Source of the DNA: a virus
Lineage: Duplodnaviria > Caudoviricetes
Strand: one strand, 5' to 3'
Virus record (IMG/VR): IMGVR_UViG_3300032073_003021
Coordinates: 1-59,645 of that record
DNA: 59,645 nucleotides
The notes beneath the pieces are model-generated. The model was not told the DNA's origin. It searched no databases and saw only the letters and a program-made list of their open reading frames with translations. Position 1 is the stretch's first letter; every line of letters begins with the position of its first letter. The translations under genes were made by a program, and so were the position numbers. Below are positions 56,797 through 59,645 of this stretch, piece after piece.

Positions 56797-57642
56797 ATGG
56801 CAGAAGATAAACACATAGTATTCTCATTTGGTAGGATGAATCCTCCAACTGCTGGACACTCTAAGGTTATTGATAAGGTTCATTCTCATGCTAAAGAGAT
56901 TGGAGCAAATCATGCCGTTGTGGTTAGTCATTCACAAAACAAGAAAAAAGATCCTTTACATCACAATCATAAGAAAGAATACTTACAACACATACACCCG
57001 GATGTAAATTTTACGCATTCTACAAAAGACCACCCACACTTTTTAGCACAACTTAAAAAGTTCAACCAAGAAGGACATACACACGCAACAATGGTTGTGG
57101 GTAGCGATAGGGTAAAAGATTTTCAAAAACTTTCATCTAAATATAATGGAAAAGAATATAATTATAAAAAGATACGAGTCATCTCAGCAGGACACAGAGA
57201 CCCGGATGCTGAAGGTGTTACAGGTATAAGTGGAACAAAGATGAGAAATCATGCTACTAATAATGATTATAAATCTTTTAAAGCAGGCCTACATCCTAAC
57301 CACAATGAGGACCATGCAAGAAAGTTATTTGACGCAACAAAAAGTGGATTACAGGAGACAACAATGCAATCATTTGGCGAATTCTTAAAAGAAGACATGG
57401 AAGGTATGTCGCAGAAGTCTGGTGATAAAAGAAGCACAGAAAGTGGAGCAGGTATGACTGCTAAAGGTGTTGCTAAATATAATAGAAGGACTGGCGGCAA
57501 TTTAAAAACAGCGGTAACTACACCTCCAAGTAAATTGAAGAAAGGTAGTAAAGCGGCAAACAGACGTAAATCATTTTGTGCTAGGTCCAGGGGATGGACC
57601 GGCGAGAGGGGCAAGGCTGCTAGACGTAGATGGAACTGCTGA
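56797..57642 (+). CDS. His-rich nucleotidyltransferase (cytidyltransferase-like) fused to a basic C-terminal domain
   Basis: FGRMNPPTAGH, VVGSDR, SAG.RDPD and ISGTKMR motifs; C-terminal RRKSFCARS...RRRWNC. Confidence 0.8.
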   Translation: MAEDKHIVFSFGRMNPPTAGHSKVIDKVHSHAKEIGANHAVVVSHSQNKKKDPLHHNHKKEYLQHIHPDVNFTHSTKDHPHFLAQLKKFNQEGHTHATMVVGSDRVKDFQKLSSKYNGKEYNYKKIRVISAGHRDPDAEGVTGISGTKMRNHATNNDYKSFKAGLHPNHNEDHARKLFDATKSGLQETTMQSFGEFLKEDMEGMSQKSGDKRSTESGAGMTAKGVAKYNRRTGGNLKTAVTTPPSKLKKGSKAANRRKSFCARSRGWTGERGKAARRRWNC

Positions 57643-57893
57643 AGAAAATAGGAAGAGGTATTTTATCAGGCCTCAAAAGATTCTGGGAATGGATACTTTC
57701 CCTATTTCTAACACGATATAAAGTTACGGTATCGTTTAATAAAGTTTATGGCGATAGTGATGATAAAAACTATATAGCTAAGAAAATAGTAACTAGAAAA
57801 GAAAAGTTATTAGTCTTTATTGACGAAGACAACAATAAAATAGAGTTTAGATCTTCTACAGGTTTAAATTACATAATAGAGGATTACTTATAA
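57630..57893 (+). CDS. Hypothetical protein
   Basis: Tightly packed ORF with an amphipathic N-terminus. Confidence 0.6.
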   Translation: MELLKKIGRGILSGLKRFWEWILSLFLTRYKVTVSFNKVYGDSDDKNYIAKKIVTRKEKLLVFIDEDNNKIEFRSSTGLNYIIEDYL

Positions 57894-58276
57894 TGCAACA
57901 GATATTTTTAGTATTAATTTTAGTTCTCGGTGGAGCAACTTATTGGTTATGGAATGAACGTGAAACTCTCATTGAGAACCAGGCAAAATTAGAACTTGCC
58001 GTACAGGAACAACAACTTGCAATGGAAGCAATGAAAGAGAGTTTTGAAAAGCAAGGTGCTGCACTTTTAAATATGCAAAACAAAAATGCTCAAATTGAAG
58101 CAGAGAAAGCAGAATATTTAGATATATTTAGAAGGCACAATTTAAATAAATTAGCAGAAGCTAAGCCCGGACTTATTGAAAGTAGAATAAATAAAGGCAC
58201 AGCAGCTGTATTTGGAGATATAGAAAATGATAGCAAGGAACTTAGCAACCTTAATAATTCTAACAAGCCTGATTAG
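57893..58276 (+). CDS. Putative i-spanin (Rz-like)
   Basis: N-terminal TM helix plus a long coiled coil, overlapping a downstream lipoprotein gene. Confidence 0.65.
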   Translation: MQQIFLVLILVLGGATYWLWNERETLIENQAKLELAVQEQQLAMEAMKESFEKQGAALLNMQNKNAQIEAEKAEYLDIFRRHNLNKLAEAKPGLIESRINKGTAAVFGDIENDSKELSNLNNSNKPD

Positions 58277-58715
58277 CGGTTGCGCTAGTTTTGGTTTAGG
58301 AACAAAGAAAGTACAGGTAGTTACAAAACCTGTACAAATAGATATTATGCAACCCAACCTACCTAGAGATATCAGTTTAATTGAACCTAAATGGTATGTA
58401 GTTTCAGAGGCAAAAATAGCAAATCCGTGTTTAAAGAACGAAGAAGGAAAACGTGATTGTAAACTAGGAAAAGAAAATGATTGGCCTGAAGGTTACACAT
58501 ATTTAGATAGATTTATGGATGATATGCGTGAACAAAACGGTGGCAAAGTAGTATTCGTTGCAACTACTATAGGTGACTATGAGGCAATGAGTGCTAACAT
58601 GCAAGAACTTAGACGCTATATACGGGAGTTAGGAGAGGTTATTGTATATTATAGAGAAGTAACTATGCCTAATGGTGATAAAGGCGTTGGAGTTGCAATA
58701 GAAAAGAAACAGTAG
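58227..58715 (+). CDS. Putative o-spanin lipoprotein (Rz1-like)
   Basis: Lipobox LISGC and a Pro-containing linker; overlaps the i-spanin candidate. Confidence 0.65.
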   Translation: MIARNLATLIILTSLISGCASFGLGTKKVQVVTKPVQIDIMQPNLPRDISLIEPKWYVVSEAKIANPCLKNEEGKRDCKLGKENDWPEGYTYLDRFMDDMREQNGGKVVFVATTIGDYEAMSANMQELRRYIRELGEVIVYYREVTMPNGDKGVGVAIEKKQ

Positions 58716-58721
58716 GTAATT

Positions 58722-59261
58722 ATGTTACCTTACTACTTTGATATTCCAGTAGAGTTATCACAGGAACAAAAACAAACCTTTTTAGATTTAGATTCGAATG
58801 GTGAATGGGTATCACACCCAGGGGCAAACGGTCAGGCAGACCATAATTTATATTATATGCACTTGCCAGAGGAAATAACAAAACCTTTAGCAGATTTATT
58901 TAAAGTCAAACCAACATCCATTAAATTACACATGAATCTTCCTAATGGATATACTCCTCCACATACAGACGCACTAAAGGCACGTTCAACACCTTTACTA
59001 TTTCCTGTAACAGATAATTTTGCACCCACATTGTTTTTTAAAGACTATGGAGGGTATTTACACTTAAAAGGTAAGGACTATGTAAAAGAAGATTGGATAC
59101 GTTCTGAGACTCCTATCAATTCTGCATATTTTATAAATACACAAGTAAGACATGGTCTTAAAAACAACGAAACTAGAAGGGTAGCAGTTCAAGTATGGTT
59201 TCAGGAATCAATTGAAACACTTTATGAGCTACACAAGAACGAGGAGTTATTGTATAAATAG
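58722..59261 (+). CDS. 2OG-Fe(II)/cupin oxygenase-like protein
   Basis: PPHTD, NTQVRHG and R..VQ motifs. Confidence 0.65.
   Translation: MLPYYFDIPVELSQEQKQTFLDLDSNGEWVSHPGANGQADHNLYYMHLPEEITKPLADLFKVKPTSIKLHMNLPNGYTPPHTDALKARSTPLLFPVTDNFAPTLFFKDYGGYLHLKGKDYVKEDWIRSETPINSAYFINTQVRHGLKNNETRRVAVQVWFQESIETLYELHKNEELLYK
59253..59260 (+). promoter_or_regulatory. Late promoter
   Basis: TATAAATA immediately before ATG 59266. Confidence 0.65.
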
Positions 59262-59265
59262 TGTT

Positions 59266-59645
59266 ATGAAAAACTTTACTACATTCAGAGAAGATTTAGC
59301 ATCAGGTAGACCATTAAAGAAGCCTGTTTCCAGTAATCTATTAAAACAACGCAAAAAAGAAAACGAAAAAGCATTGAAGTCAGGCTTTATGAAGATGCCA
59401 GACTATGTTAAAAAGAAGTTCAATGAGGAAGAAGAAATGAAACCTCATAAAATGTACAAAGGCGATAAAGTAGTCATGGCAAAGAACAAAGCAGAACATG
59501 ACAAACTTAACAAGCAAGGTTATACCCACGATAATCCTAAAACTGAAAAAGTAGAAGAAGAGAAAAAGAATTGTGGTTGTGGACAAGATCCTTGTATTAC
59601 ATACGGCAAAAAACAAATGAAAGAAGCTAAGAAACCTGTAGTACA
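59266..59645 (+). CDS. Putative internal head protein (partial, runs off the window)
   Basis: MKNFTTFRE start; KPHKMYKG..AK..EH.KL.KQGYTH and KNCGCGQDPCITYG; no stop before the window end. Confidence 0.65.
   Translation, partial: MKNFTTFREDLASGRPLKKPVSSNLLKQRKKENEKALKSGFMKMPDYVKKKFNEEEEMKPHKMYKGDKVVMAKNKAEHDKLNKQGYTHDNPKTEKVEEEKKNCGCGQDPCITYGKKQMKEAKKPVV

Noticed and set aside
1321-59616. Numerous minus-strand ORFs in the track (for example 27187-27864, 4763-5212, 16942-17352)
   Set aside because: They are antisense shadows of well-supported plus-strand genes, with no recognisable motifs; only 12111-12350 is credible.
1-59645. Stop-codon reassignment
   Set aside because: Core genes are full length in the standard code, and TAA, TAG and TGA all serve as stops.

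Overview
A 59.6-kb, AT-rich, almost entirely plus-strand fragment of a T4-like myovirus, probably aquatic or marine with a Gram-negative proteobacterial host (inference). It runs from the end of gp14 through the head/tail module (gp15-gp23), then iscU/iscA, gp3, uvsY, uvsW and gp55. A QueC-less 7-deazaguanine DNA-modification island follows (queE, PRTase, folE, exonuclease, dpdA-like, DenV-like, dpdL-like, glycosyltransferase, queD). Next come gp47/gp46 and auxiliary genes (glutaredoxin, SET domain, peptide deformylase, ClpP-like, TonB-dependent receptor, VWA plus MoxR/CobS, peroxiredoxin). The replication core (gp45, gp44, gp62, regA, gp43, uvsX, gp41) is interspersed with radical SAM, 2OG-Fe(II), Hsp20 and sugar-nucleotide genes. 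The window ends with early hypotheticals, a His-rich ligase-like/nucleotidyltransferase cassette containing an unannotated Cys-rich micro-ORF, and spanin-like genes. Non-coding features include TATAAATA late promoters, two classes of sigma70-like promoters, a ROSE-like RNA thermometer, an exact 38-bp A-tract repeat, and an ~890-bp coding zone free of A4/T4 runs. No tRNAs, CRISPR arrays, introns or inteins were seen. All calls rest on motif recognition and synteny; no database searches were run.
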